Positions 1 through 9,762 of a stretch of DNA of 64,000 bases are shown here, one piece after another; within the stretch, counting starts at the first letter, position 1, and each line of letters opens with the position of its first letter. The position numbers and the translations under genes were made by a program. The DNA is taken from contig CAWKBC010000030.1 of assembly GCA_963847705.1 (NCBI GenBank), forward strand, positions 128,001-192,000, read 5' to 3'. The notes under the pieces are model-generated. The model was not told where the DNA came from, ran no database searches, and saw only the letters and a list, made by a program, of their open reading frames with translations. This DNA is from an uncultured Pseudomonadota bacterium. GTDB taxonomy: Bacteria; Myxococcota_A; Polyangia; Fen-1088.

Positions 1-69
1 CTGGGACTCGAAGGGTCGAGACCACGGGCGCGGCCGGCCGTTCAGAAGCGACAAAAAGATCGCGCACGT

Positions 70-1419
70 TTGTCCGATGAGCCCGGCTCGGCCGCTTGGG
101 GTATAGTGCCGGTCGATCCGATGCGCAGTGGCGACCGACCGCCTTCAGTGGCCCTCTACAGTCCGGGATGGCCGCCCAATCGTACCTTCAACGGCATTGC
201 AACCTACGTTGGATGCCTTCGTGAGGCGCTGCGGGAGCTTGGTGTCGTCAGCCACGTCGTCACGGGAGCCGTGTTCGGCCCTGACGCGAACGCGACCGAC
301 GCCATCAATCTCTCGGCAATGAGACTGCCGCGGGGACCAGAGGGGGCTCTTCGGCTCCTGGAGAGAATTCCAGGGGTGTCCTTCCCGGGTCTGTCATTTG
401 GCTGGTCGATTGCGCGCGCTGTGAAGCACATCGTGGATCAGCCGCCCGATCTCCTCGAAATGGAGGAGACCTTCGGGGGCGCCTGGTACACCCAAAAGAT
501 GCTGACCATCCCGGTGGTCGTCCGGTTGCACGGCCCGTGGTTCCTCAACGGAGTGGCGCTCGGCGTTCCGGTCGATGCCGCATTTCGGCGGCGCGAGGTC
601 GCCGAACGTCGTTGTATCGCAGATGCGACAGGAGTGACCGCACCTTCGCGCGATGTTCTGAATCGCGTTCGAGAGAGATACGGCCTCTCCCTGCCAGATG
701 CGGCGGTCATTCCCAATCCCGTGCTCCCTGTTCCAATCGAGGAGCGGTGGACGCTCCAGAGCTCCGACAAGAAGACGATTCTCTTCGTTGGTCGTTTCGA
801 TCGCCACAAAGGCGGCGATCTGGTGATTGAGGCGTTCGCGGCCATGGCCAGTTCCCTGCCCGAGGCCAATCTGGTGTTCGTTGGACCCGATCACGGTCTG
901 CGGAGCGATGACGGTGCGGTTCAATCTCTGCAGGCCTTCTTGGAGAGTCGTCTGTCTGGCGACCTCAGGAGGCGAGTTCAGGTCACGGGTCCGCTCCCCG
1001 CGGAGACGATCGCGGTCCTCCGCCGGCAGTCGTACGTGACCGTCGTTGCCTCGCGGTACGAGAATTTTCCGCTCGCGCTCGCGGAGGCGCTGTCTTTCGG
1101 CTGTCCGACGATCGCCGCCGACGTCGGCGGAATGCCAGAGATCTTGTTGTCCGATCAAACGGGCCTTCTTTTTGCGGCGGCAGACAGTGGTGACCTGGCC
1201 CGCAAGATCACCACGCTCTTCGAGCGACCCGAGCTGGCCGCGGAGCTCGGCCGCCGAGCCGCGCTCGACGTCGCCAGTCGACTCGCTCCGGCCACCATCG
1301 CGCGCCTCACGTTGGACTTCTACGAAAGCCTCTGGAAGAACTCTTCCGGCAGCCCCCGGTCATATCGCTGGCGGGCCTTCAACGCATTGACAGACCGGCG
1401 GGCGCTGCCGTTCACTTGA
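70..1419 (+). CDS. Glycosyltransferase family 4 (GT-B)
   Basis: ILFVGRFDRHKGGD and SRYENFPLALAEALSFGCPTIAADVGGMPE motifs; start uncertain (alternative ATG at 121). Confidence 0.9.
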   Translation: MSDEPGSAAWGIVPVDPMRSGDRPPSVALYSPGWPPNRTFNGIATYVGCLREALRELGVVSHVVTGAVFGPDANATDAINLSAMRLPRGPEGALRLLERIPGVSFPGLSFGWSIARAVKHIVDQPPDLLEMEETFGGAWYTQKMLTIPVVVRLHGPWFLNGVALGVPVDAAFRRREVAERRCIADATGVTAPSRDVLNRVRERYGLSLPDAAVIPNPVLPVPIEERWTLQSSDKKTILFVGRFDRHKGGDLVIEAFAAMASSLPEANLVFVGPDHGLRSDDGAVQSLQAFLESRLSGDLRRRVQVTGPLPAETIAVLRRQSYVTVVASRYENFPLALAEALSFGCPTIAADVGGMPEILLSDQTGLLFAAADSGDLARKITTLFERPELAAELGRRAALDVASRLAPATIARLTLDFYESLWKNSSGSPRSYRWRAFNALTDRRALPFT

Positions 1420-1458
1420 GACCAGACCCCACCTCTACCGAAAACTCCTACCCCCCGA

Positions 1459-1519
1459 CCTCGGCGATCCTCGGCGATCTTCGGCGATCCTCGGCGATCC
1501 TCGGCGATCCTCGGCGATC
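1459..1519. repeat. Intergenic tandem repeat, ~6 x 10 bp (CCTCGGCGAT)
   Basis: Units tcggcgatc(c/t/a) start at 1461, 1471, 1481, 1491, 1501, 1511. Confidence 0.95.
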
Positions 1520-1606
1520 AAAGAAGGCGCCGACGGCAACCACCATGCTCTCGCCGTGATTTTTTCTGGTCGGGCACCTCTGGCTTGGGGGTAAAATCCG
1601 CGGCGG

Positions 1607-3622
1607 ATGCGAATACAGTGGGCTTGGGTAGCGTCCGTTCTCGGTATGTTCGCTCTCTTTGCCTGTGCTTCGGGTTCTTTCTACCACTCGACGAGCAGCC
1701 TACATCCGACCGATGCGGGGGCAGGCTACGACCTGGGGAGCTTCGACGCCGCGGCCCCGCCAGGTCCGCCGTATGGTTCCTGCGGGAACGGTCAGATCGA
1801 ATCGGGCGAGCTCTGTGACGGCGCCTCTCTGAACAACGCGACCTGCTCGCTCCTGGGCTACACCGGGGGAACCCTCGCCTGTTCCCCGGGCTGCCAGTTC
1901 GATGTCAGCGCCTGCACGGGCGGCACCATCACGCCGACGGTGGTCGCCTCGCGGACGAACTGCACAGCCCCCTGCGGCGTCTTCTTCGACGCGACCACCA
2001 CGGCCGGACTGTCGGGGTCCAACTACTGGCGCGCCAACTGGACCTGGGACTTCAACGACCCGACCAGCGCACACAAAGGAACGATCGGGTTTTCCGTCGG
2101 TCACGTCTTCGACAACCCGGGTATCTATCACGTCGTCACGCGGGTCCACGACCTGGGGGGGAACGCGGGCAGCACCACGACGACGATCACCGTCCGGCCG
2201 ATGAGCGGCACCACCTACTACGTGGCGAGCAGCGGGAGCGATTCGAACGACGGCACGAGCATGTCGACGCCGTTCTTGACGGCCACCCACGCCTTGAGCG
2301 CCGGCTACGCGACGAACAACACGATCTTGTTCCGTCGGGGGGATACCTTCGCAGGGGACGCCATCGGCAGCGTCAACTATTCAATCCCAGGACCCTTCCT
2401 GCTGGGTGCATACACCGACCCGGATCACCCGTCGACCGCCGACCCGATCATCACCACCGCGGTCAATGCGAACACGCAGTTCAACTTTTCCGCCAACGAC
2501 CTTCGCGCCCAGCACCTCCATCTCGTTTCCACCAACGGGATTAACCTGTGGTTCTGGCTGCCCAGCACCAACGGGCTGGTCGAGTACGTCGAGATGGAGG
2601 GCCTGGGAGCGCCAGGGACCAAGCAAGAGAACATCTATCCTGACGGCTCCGTGAACGCGTTCATTTTCGACAACTACATGCACGACTTCACGGCGTACGG
2701 CGTCTACGCCAGCGCCAGCAATCTCGCGATTGTCGGCAACAGGATCGTCAACTTCACGGGCGGCAGCGTGGCTCAATCGCTGCACGGCGTTCGGCTCAAT
2801 GCGTGCGAGGACGGGTCGGGTAACTGCAAAAACAACAACTACCTTGCGGAGAACACCATAACGGTAGGACCCACAGGAAACATCTATACCGCCTTCACTA
2901 TTCATGGAGACATGCGAAACACGGTCGTCGTGGGCAATACCCTCGATCATCCGTGTGGGATCGGCCCCACGAATGCAACCTCCACCGGTGGCCCGGACTA
3001 CGCGCTCTTCGAGGGAAACGTGGTGGACTGGTCGGCCCAGGACGGCACGGGGCTGACGCTCAACGCGGCCAAGGTGGAGGCCAGGAACAACCTGGTCGTC
3101 AACGGCGACATCGCCTTCTACGTCGGATACGGCGCGAACTACCCCCTGCTGCCGCCCAACTACGTCGATCAGGTTTTCGTAGAAAACAACACCGCCTATG
3201 TCAATCCACCTGCGCCAAGGCCGACGAATTTCGCCGTCCAATTCGCGGTACACCAGGTCACGACCGGGGCGGCCACGTTTCTCAACAACGTGTTCTGGCA
3301 GGGCAACACCAGCGCCGGAAGTCAGATGGTCTTTGCCGACGGCGCCGGCAGCGAGACCATCGACTACAACGACATGTATTCACCGAACGCCACACCGAGC
3401 GCCCCGAACGTGGGGACGCACGGGATCACCACCGACCCGCAGTTTGTCAGCCGCCCGGCCGACAGCGGGATCTGGCCGACGGTGCCGTCGAACTATGCCC
3501 TTCAAAGTGGCTCACCGGCGGCCGGCACAGGGACGAACACCCACGTCTACGAGGACTTTTATCGCGTGGTTCGGCCGCAGAACTCGACCTGGGATATGGG
3601 GGCGTTCCAGCACCTGCCGTGA
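1607..3622 (+). CDS. Secreted/lipoprotein with Cys-rich myxobacterial repeat, PKD domain and right-handed beta-helix (polysaccharide-modifying candidate)
   Basis: Signal ending LFAC; CGNGQIESGELCDG repeat; WTWDFND..HVFDNPGIY PKD; TTYYVASSGSDSNDG..ILFRRGDTF; Asn-rich repeats; C-terminal WDMGAFQ. Confidence 0.75.
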   Translation: MRIQWAWVASVLGMFALFACASGSFYHSTSSLHPTDAGAGYDLGSFDAAAPPGPPYGSCGNGQIESGELCDGASLNNATCSLLGYTGGTLACSPGCQFDVSACTGGTITPTVVASRTNCTAPCGVFFDATTTAGLSGSNYWRANWTWDFNDPTSAHKGTIGFSVGHVFDNPGIYHVVTRVHDLGGNAGSTTTTITVRPMSGTTYYVASSGSDSNDGTSMSTPFLTATHALSAGYATNNTILFRRGDTFAGDAIGSVNYSIPGPFLLGAYTDPDHPSTADPIITTAVNANTQFNFSANDLRAQHLHLVSTNGINLWFWLPSTNGLVEYVEMEGLGAPGTKQENIYPDGSVNAFIFDNYMHDFTAYGVYASASNLAIVGNRIVNFTGGSVAQSLHGVRLNACEDGSGNCKNNNYLAENTITVGPTGNIYTAFTIHGDMRNTVVVGNTLDHPCGIGPTNATSTGGPDYALFEGNVVDWSAQDGTGLTLNAAKVEARNNLVVNGDIAFYVGYGANYPLLPPNYVDQVFVENNTAYVNPPAPRPTNFAVQFAVHQVTTGAATFLNNVFWQGNTSAGSQMVFADGAGSETIDYNDMYSPNATPSAPNVGTHGITTDPQFVSRPADSGIWPTVPSNYALQSGSPAAGTGTNTHVYEDFYRVVRPQNSTWDMGAFQHLP

Positions 3623-3818
3623 GACGCATTCAGAACCCCCGGGCGTTCCGCGCCGTCTTCTCCAGGTTTCAGGGCAAGAAGCGGGGGTCAGGCGTCGCGC
3701 TGTGCTTCCCGGGCTGGTGGTATGGTACGCGGAGATCCGGTCGGCCTCGGGGCGAGCCCGTCGTCCCGACGAGTCGTTCGGAGCGTTGTTGACCGCACGG
3801 ACCTGGGGATACGAAACG

Positions 3819-5411
3819 ATGCTTGTCGCCGAACCCTTCTATTTTGGCCATCCTTCCCGGCCGCTGTTTGGCTGGTACCACCCGCCCGTCGCTCCGGGCG
3901 GCAGCGCCGTCGTTCTCTGCAACCCGCTCGGCCTGGACGCGACCCGGGCCCACTGGAGCTATCGACATCTGGCCGAGCGGTTGGCCGCTGCCGGGCTCCA
4001 TGTCCTGCGGTTCGACTGGTCTGGGACGGGAGACTCCTCGGGCGACGGCTCCGAACCTGCTCAGGTGGCCACCTGGCTGGACGATCTGGGGCAGGCGATC
4101 GAGGAGCTGAAGCGACGGGCCGGTGCGGCGCGGGTGCACCTGGTTGGACTGCGGGCCGGCGCCACGCTGGCCGCCCACGGTGCGGCGACACGCGACGACG
4201 TCGACTCCACCGTGCTCTGGATGCCAGCGACGACGGGTGCGGCCTGGGTCAGCGAGATGGCCAAGCTGCACAAGCTCTACCTGCGGATGGTCCCGCAAAT
4301 CGACGCTCCTGAGCCAGGCGGCGAGGAGCTGCTGGGGTCTTTCGTCTCGGCCACCACCATCGCCGAGCTCGGGCGGATCGATCTGTTCGGGCTTCCCCGG
4401 CCGCCGGCGCCCCGGGTGCTGGTCGTCGAAGAGGGCACGCTCCGGGAGGGGGAGCGGTTGCGTGAGCGGCTGGTGGAGCTCGGGGCCGACGTCAGCTGGA
4501 CGCGCCAGCCCGCGCAGAAGTTTCTCCTCATGGTGCCGCATCGGGCGACGCTTCCCGAGGAGTCCATCGCGGCCATCGTCGGGTGGCTTCGCTCCTTGCC
4601 GGCGGCGGGCGCGCCTCTCCATCCTGGAGCGAGCGCGACGCCGGCCCGCTTTGCGGAGCGCCCGGTCCGGTTCGGACCCGACCATCGGCTGTTCGGCATC
4701 CTGACGCCCGCGGCCCGGCCGACGTCCGGCGAGCGCCCGGCCATCGTCCTTCTCCCCGCCGGCGCGGTGAACCGCTGCGGTCCGCACAGACTCTACGTTT
4801 CGATGGCGCGGCGCTGGGCCGATCTCGGGTTCACCGTGCTCCGGATGGATCTCTCCGGAATCGGAGACAGCCCCGCAGTGGCCGGAGAGCGGGAGAATCT
4901 GGTCTACCCGCGCGAGGGACTGAACGACATCGGCGCCGCGCTGGATTTTCTTGCAGCGGAGGTCGGCGCGGCGCGCTTCATCATCGTCGGTCTCTGTTCC
5001 GGCGCGGATCTCGCCTACCAGGCGGCGCGTCGCGAGGAACGGCTGGCCGGCGTGGTGATGATGAACCCCCGCACCTTTCTCGATCTCGATCTCAACCGGG
5101 TCGAACAGCCGCCGCCCCGACTCCCCCGTGAATCCGAGCCGGTGGAGACGGAGGAGGCGCGGCGGGTTCCGGCGGGCCTCCGGCAGATCTCGGAGCGCGG
5201 CCTCGACGCCATCTTGGTGGTGAGCGAACGTGATCCCGGCATCGACTACGTCGATCGCCACGCCCCGGCGGCGATGCGGGAGGCCGCGGCGGCTCTCCCG
5301 CGCTTTCGACGGGTCGACGTTCGGGGAACCGACCACACCTTCACCACCATCGCCTCGCAACGGCGGGTCGCCGACCTCGTCACCGACGAGTACCTGTCGC
5401 GTCACGGCTAG
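3819..5411 (+). CDS. Tandem double alpha/beta-hydrolase (fusion resembling exosortase-system hydrolases 2 + 1)
   Basis: Two domains, each starting F-G...LFG; LRFDWSGTGDS + GLRAG, then LRMDLSGIGDS + GLCSG and DHTF; ATG at 3819 chosen within ORF 3198..5411. Confidence 0.8.
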   Translation: MLVAEPFYFGHPSRPLFGWYHPPVAPGGSAVVLCNPLGLDATRAHWSYRHLAERLAAAGLHVLRFDWSGTGDSSGDGSEPAQVATWLDDLGQAIEELKRRAGAARVHLVGLRAGATLAAHGAATRDDVDSTVLWMPATTGAAWVSEMAKLHKLYLRMVPQIDAPEPGGEELLGSFVSATTIAELGRIDLFGLPRPPAPRVLVVEEGTLREGERLRERLVELGADVSWTRQPAQKFLLMVPHRATLPEESIAAIVGWLRSLPAAGAPLHPGASATPARFAERPVRFGPDHRLFGILTPAARPTSGERPAIVLLPAGAVNRCGPHRLYVSMARRWADLGFTVLRMDLSGIGDSPAVAGERENLVYPREGLNDIGAALDFLAAEVGAARFIIVGLCSGADLAYQAARREERLAGVVMMNPRTFLDLDLNRVEQPPPRLPRESEPVETEEARRVPAGLRQISERGLDAILVVSERDPGIDYVDRHAPAAMREAAAALPRFRRVDVRGTDHTFTTIASQRRVADLVTDEYLSRHG

Positions 5412-5441
5412 CTGGCAGCCGCAGCCGACCGCCGGCGCCGC

Positions 5442-5702
5442 TCAGCTCGGCTGCTTGTCGAGATTCTTTCGAATCCACGCCGCGAGTGCCCGCACCGATC
5501 CGAAATCCTCCGGCGTGATCTCGTCGATCTCCACCGAGTACCCGAAGGTGTTCTCGATCCAGACCGCCAGCTCGAGCACCCCGGTCGAATCGATGATGCC
5601 GACAAGATCGGTGTCGAGCTGCAAGATGAGGCTGCGCCCCGATGACAGCTCGGTCTCGATGTGCGACTTCACCAGGCCCTCGATGTCGGGTTTGCTATTC
5701 AT
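5442..5702 (-). CDS. Acyl carrier protein
   Basis: 86 aa acidic protein; GIIDSTGVLEL phosphopantetheine site; EITPEDFGSV. Confidence 0.85.
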   Translation of the reverse strand: MNSKPDIEGLVKSHIETELSSGRSLILQLDTDLVGIIDSTGVLELAVWIENTFGYSVEIDEITPEDFGSVRALAAWIRKNLDKQPS

Positions 5703-6234
5703 GGGAAGATCGAGGGGCCTCGGCCGGGGGGCGAGTCAGTTTCGCGGGGACCCCCATCGCGATGGCGCCCGCCGGGACGTCGGTCAGCACCAGGGAGTTG
5801 GCGCGGATGATGGCGCGATCGCCGATGTTGACGGGGCCCAGGATCTTGACGCCGTTCTCGATGATGACGTCGTTGCCGATCTTTGCCAGCCCTCGCTTGA
5901 AGCGCTCGTTCGTCCCAACCGAGACGCTGCTCGCGATTCGGCACCGGTCACCGATCTCGACATCGGCGTGGATGATGATGTTGCGTGAACCACGCAGATC
6001 CACCTCCTCACCGAACTTGATCTCGCGATTGACGAGATTTCCCGTTGTGGCTTGGACGAAGAAGAGAGCGCTTCCGTACACTTTGAGACCGAGCCGGCGG
6101 AGGGTGGGGGAGGGAAGGTCGGCAGCCCAGTTTCCGAACCTTCGGACCGTGAGCGCCCACAAGCCCGGGTCGGTCAATGAGCGCCCGTGCCGCAGATAGT
6201 CGGCGTACACGGCGATCTTAGAGGTCGGCTTCAT
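5695..6234 (-). CDS. Serine-acetyltransferase-like left-handed beta-helix acyltransferase
   Basis: Hexapeptide repeats KIGNDVIIENGVKILGPVNIGDRAIIRANSLVLTDVP..GVPAK; overlaps ACP start. Confidence 0.8.
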   Translation of the reverse strand: MKPTSKIAVYADYLRHGRSLTDPGLWALTVRRFGNWAADLPSPTLRRLGLKVYGSALFFVQATTGNLVNREIKFGEEVDLRGSRNIIIHADVEIGDRCRIASSVSVGTNERFKRGLAKIGNDVIIENGVKILGPVNIGDRAIIRANSLVLTDVPAGAIAMGVPAKLTRPPAEAPRSSHE

Positions 6235-6292
6235 GGGAACCAAGACCTCGTCGAGCGAATAGGTTTGACAGCAAGGAGTCCCCCTCTGCAGA

Positions 6293-6874
6293 TTGATCGA
6301 CGTGCCCGATCTGCTCCAGCGCTTTCGCCAGGACGTGGACCGTCACCGTGGCCGGCTGCGGGAGTGGGGCATCTGGGCGGTCGTCGTTTGCCGGCTGGGG
6401 GACTACGCGCGAAAGGTCGCTCCCGGGCCGCTTCATTGGACCGTGCGGGCGGCGCAGGGATATCTTTCGTTGGTCCTCCGCCTCGTCACCCGGACGTCGC
6501 TGGATCCCGACATCGTAGCGGGTGAGGGGCTGGTGTTCGTTCACGCCATGAACATCACGATCGGTCCGGGCGTCGTCCTCGGCGATCGGGTGGAGATCAT
6601 GCAGGACGTCACGATTGCTTCGAGCTACGAGGGCCCGCAGGCCCCCAAGATCGGAAACGACGTCTTCATCGGTGCGGGCGCGACCATCCTTGGCGCCGTC
6701 ACCATCGGTGATGGCGCGGCAATCGGCGCCAACTCCCTGGTCGTGTCCGACGTACCCCAGGGGGCGTTCGTCATCGGTGTTCCCGCCAAGACGATACGCT
6801 GGGGGGCCTGGGCCCGTGGAAAGGTCGGCCCGAACGGCGAGGCTCCCAAGCCAGCGGCGCCAGACGCGGCGTAG
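6293..6874 (+). CDS. Serine-acetyltransferase-like left-handed beta-helix acyltransferase
   Basis: PKIGNDVFIGAGATILGAVTIGDGAAIGANSLVVSDVP..GVPAK; TTG start. Confidence 0.85.
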   Translation: MIDVPDLLQRFRQDVDRHRGRLREWGIWAVVVCRLGDYARKVAPGPLHWTVRAAQGYLSLVLRLVTRTSLDPDIVAGEGLVFVHAMNITIGPGVVLGDRVEIMQDVTIASSYEGPQAPKIGNDVFIGAGATILGAVTIGDGAAIGANSLVVSDVPQGAFVIGVPAKTIRWGAWARGKVGPNGEAPKPAAPDAA

Positions 6875-7086
6875 CCGGACGCCGCGGGACGAGTCCCATC
6901 GGGCACTCCGGCAGGCCACCGAATCTGTCCCGTCACTCAACGCGCGCTCCTCCTCCTCGCCCTGTTTTGCAGCCTGCGACCCATCGTTGTCACAATTTTC
7001 TCGCAATCGTCGCGCTACGTCCATCAAGTCCTTCGCGAACCTGACGGTCGGTTCGCAAAGCGCCGCTCCGGAGTTTCCAGGAGGTC

Positions 7087-7638
7087 TCAGGGGACGCTGC
7101 TCGAGCCTGGTCGAGCGGCTGACTGGAGCGCACCGCCCGACGCAGGCCGGCGCCGGGAGCTCCAATAATCCCAGCAGAGGATGGCGGCGCCGAGCGCCTC
7201 GCCGATGAAGGTGATGGGGTTGAAGATCGTCCCCAGATGCTGGCCGAGGCTCCGAAACGGGTAGATCGGGAAGCGCCACCCGAAGAGCGGCCACAGCAGG
7301 GTCCCCAGGTTCATCGACAGCCCGACGAAATCGAGAATGAGGTGGGTCGTCACCCCGATCGCCAGCGCCCGCAGCGGCCGGGACCGCGTGGCCAGCGCCG
7401 CGGCGGAGAGGACCACGAGGAACAGCCCCGTGTGGGCGAACAGGTGCGTACCCGAGAGAATCCCCGCCGCAGCGCCGTGCCTTCCCGTCACCCAGGCCGG
7501 GATGTAGTAGAGCGGCTTGTCGATCAGATCGGGGAGCAGAGCGCCGACGAAGAACACCCGCCTTTCGATCGGGGAGAAGCGGCGAAAGGGCCGCGCCGCC
7601 AGCTTCTTCCCGATGCCCAGATGGCCGAGCGCGAACAT
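7087..7638 (-). CDS. Metal-dependent membrane hydrolase (YdjM-like)
   Basis: GHL, GALLPDLIDKPL, FAHT, HLILD, LLWPL motifs; several TM helices. Confidence 0.8.
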   Translation of the reverse strand: MFALGHLGIGKKLAARPFRRFSPIERRVFFVGALLPDLIDKPLYYIPAWVTGRHGAAAGILSGTHLFAHTGLFLVVLSAAALATRSRPLRALAIGVTTHLILDFVGLSMNLGTLLWPLFGWRFPIYPFRSLGQHLGTIFNPITFIGEALGAAILCWDYWSSRRRPASGGALQSAARPGSSSVP

Positions 7639-7648
7639 CGCAAGTCCT

Positions 7649-7693
7649 TGTGCCCAGGGACAGAGTCGAACTGTCTACACACGGATTTTCAGT
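7649..7693 (-). repeat. att site: 45-bp duplicate of the 3' portion of tRNA-Phe
   Basis: tgtgcccagggacagagtcgaactgtctacacacggattttcagt is identical to 40278..40322. Confidence 0.97.
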
Positions 7694-7742
7694 GCCGGAA
7701 ACATGCGCGAAATCATGGAGAAAATCGAATATTCTTGCCTTT

Positions 7743-7763
7743 CTGTACCATAACTGTACCATA
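7743..7763 (+). promoter_or_regulatory. Putative integrase arm-type sites (2 x CTGTACCATA, 11-bp period)
   Basis: Copies at 7743 and 7754; same pair at 40167/40178; overlaps possible integrase promoter TTGCCT-N16-TACCAT. Confidence 0.75.
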
Positions 7764-7782
7764 AAACCCGGGTTTCAGAGCC

Positions 7783-8967
7783 ATGGGGCGGCCACCATCG
7801 AGAGCCCGGCGGGGCGACGGGAAGGTCTACAAGAGGGGACGTCTCTGGTCGATCCGCTGGACTGAGGACGGCGAGCGCTGCTACTCCGGCGGCTACCTGA
7901 CCGAGGAGGCCGCCAACCAAGTGCGGGCGGTCATCGCGCTGAACCACCAAGCTGGGCGACCGGGGCTCGAGAGGATTCGCCCGGAGAAGCCGGAGCCGCT
8001 CCCCACCTTCGGCGCGCTGGTCGGCGAATGGCTCGATGACAGAAAAGCCAAGGGGCGGAGATCGGTCGATGACGATCGCCGACGCTGGAATCGACACCTA
8101 GCGCCGCTCCTCGCTCATCGCAGGCCGGATGCTAGCATCGACACCGGTTTTCTCGATCGGATGATCACCGATCTGCGAAGTCCCCCCGTCGGCAGCCTCG
8201 ATCCGAGGGGGCGCCCCAAGAAGGGCCTCTCGCCCGGCACGACGCAGCGCATTGTCCACCTGCTGTCGGCCTTCTACGTGTGGCTTGGCAAGCACCACAG
8301 CGTGCCGAGCAATCCAGTCCGCACCCTGAAAGGGGACGGGGACATCCGGGATCTCCTGCGCTCGACCCACGATCCGAAGCGGGTCCCGTTTCTCAAGCGC
8401 AAGGAGGATGTGGCGGCCCTCTTCCAGGCGCTGCCCAGCTCCATCAACATCGTCTACGCACTCGGTGCCCTAGCCGGGCTGCGGCCCGGAGAGGCGGTCG
8501 CTCTCGAATGGGAGGCGGTCGATTTCGACGCCGGGATGATCCTGGTCCGCCGGCAGCTTCGGGAGGGGCGACTCGGCGTTCCCAAGAGCGGAAAAGAGCG
8601 GGAGGTCCCGATCGTGCCGAGTCTTTCGGTCGTCCTCAAAGCCTGGCGCAAGAAGAACCCGAAAGCGGAGCTCGTCGCGCCGAGTCTCCGCAAGAGCCAG
8701 ACCGGCAAGACGAAGTTTCTCAACTGGCGGACCATCAAGAACGCCATGAAGACGGCTCTCAAGAAGTGCGGCCTTAAGCCCATGACCTTCTACCAGGCGG
8801 GACGACACACGTTCGCCTCGCAGTGGGTTATCTCCGGAAACTCGATCTACCGCCTCAAGGAGATCATGGGGCACAGCTCGGTGCAGGTGACCGAGCGATA
8901 CGCGCATCTGACGAATCAACTCACCGATGCCGAACTCGCGCGGGCAGACGTCAGGCTCGCGAGCTAA
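7783..8967 (+). CDS. Tyrosine recombinase / phage-type integrase
   Basis: GLRPGEA (R), PKSG (K), GRHTFAS (R), MGHSSVQVTERYAH (H, Y); N-terminal arm-binding-like GKVYKRGRLWSIRW. Confidence 0.95.
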   Translation: MGRPPSRARRGDGKVYKRGRLWSIRWTEDGERCYSGGYLTEEAANQVRAVIALNHQAGRPGLERIRPEKPEPLPTFGALVGEWLDDRKAKGRRSVDDDRRRWNRHLAPLLAHRRPDASIDTGFLDRMITDLRSPPVGSLDPRGRPKKGLSPGTTQRIVHLLSAFYVWLGKHHSVPSNPVRTLKGDGDIRDLLRSTHDPKRVPFLKRKEDVAALFQALPSSINIVYALGALAGLRPGEAVALEWEAVDFDAGMILVRRQLREGRLGVPKSGKEREVPIVPSLSVVLKAWRKKNPKAELVAPSLRKSQTGKTKFLNWRTIKNAMKTALKKCGLKPMTFYQAGRHTFASQWVISGNSIYRLKEIMGHSSVQVTERYAHLTNQLTDAELARADVRLAS

Positions 8968-9014
8968 TGGTGCCGACGGAATCGGAGGCGGTTCGGGACA
9001 AACTTCTTCTGCCT

Positions 9015-9180
9015 GCGGCGGACCAGGCGAAGGTCGAACCAACCCGAATCGGCTTCGTGTACGCACTTTCGCTGGTCTGCCGCGAATGGCAGCGAGCGAA
9101 CGCGCCTCGCGCCGCTATCGGCAACATCCCCCGCGATCTGGCTACTCTGCGCCTCAACCTCAAGCGGCTCGTCCTCCTAG
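9015..9180 (+). pseudogene. Possible C-terminal remnant of an IS4-family transposase
   Basis: ADQAKVEPTRIGFVYALSLVCREW..GNIPRDLATLR resembles IS4 transposase tails (from memory). Confidence 0.45.
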
Positions 9181-9258
9181 CAGGCTGCTGAAAAAGCAGC
9201 TTCGGGGGATCGACAGGGGATCCCGGTGTGATCTCCTCTCGGTATGCGAGGAGAACCT
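9177..9258 (+). mobile_element. Possible left-end scar of an IS5-family element
   Basis: CTAG followed by CAGGCTGCTGAAAAA (IR-like), then ATGCGAGGAGAA (MRGE, typical transposase start) at 9244; no transposase body. Confidence 0.45.
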
Positions 9259-9270
9259 AATCTTGGTCTC

Positions 9271-9762
9271 GTGAAGAAGCCTCATCCAACCACGAAGACC
9301 CCGCCGGCCCCTCCAACTCCGTGGAGGATCCACTTCTTCCGGCGCCACCCCAGCGACGACCCATCGCAGGCCGTTCCGGGCCGAGCGTTTCTGCTCGCGT
9401 GCCCGGACAAGGTCCGTATGACGATGCTCGCCGTTCTCAAGGCCGTCGCCGATGCACCGCCGCCTCAGTTCTCCGGGGGAGGGAAGTGGAAGGCCATGTA
9501 CGGCAGCATGGCCGGCTACCACGAAGTCACCGTCAACGGACCGAACCGACACCACTACCGTCTGTTCTGTCTGCTCGAGCGAGACGGCGCGGAGTTGGGT
9601 CTCGGCGGCCCGAGCCTGGTCGTGCTCACCGGCCTCGACAAGCAGTTCATGACCACCCTCTCCGAGAGCGCCTATGCGAAGGTGAGGGCGCTCGGCGACG
9701 AGTACCGGAGTCGGAACCCGAGAAGCATCGAGCCGCCGAAGGGGCCGGCCTCGAAGTCCTAG
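9271..9762 (+). CDS. RelE/HigB-like toxin
   Basis: VPGRAFLLACPDKVR..KWKAMYGSMAGYHEVTVNGPNRHHYRLFC..LVVLTGLDK; GTG start chosen (ORF opens at 9244). Confidence 0.65.
   Translation: MKKPHPTTKTPPAPPTPWRIHFFRRHPSDDPSQAVPGRAFLLACPDKVRMTMLAVLKAVADAPPPQFSGGGKWKAMYGSMAGYHEVTVNGPNRHHYRLFCLLERDGAELGLGGPSLVVLTGLDKQFMTTLSESAYAKVRALGDEYRSRNPRSIEPPKGPASKS

Noticed and set aside
7649-7693. Second tRNA-Phe gene
   Set aside because: Lacks the 5' acceptor strand and D arm; it is the att duplicate
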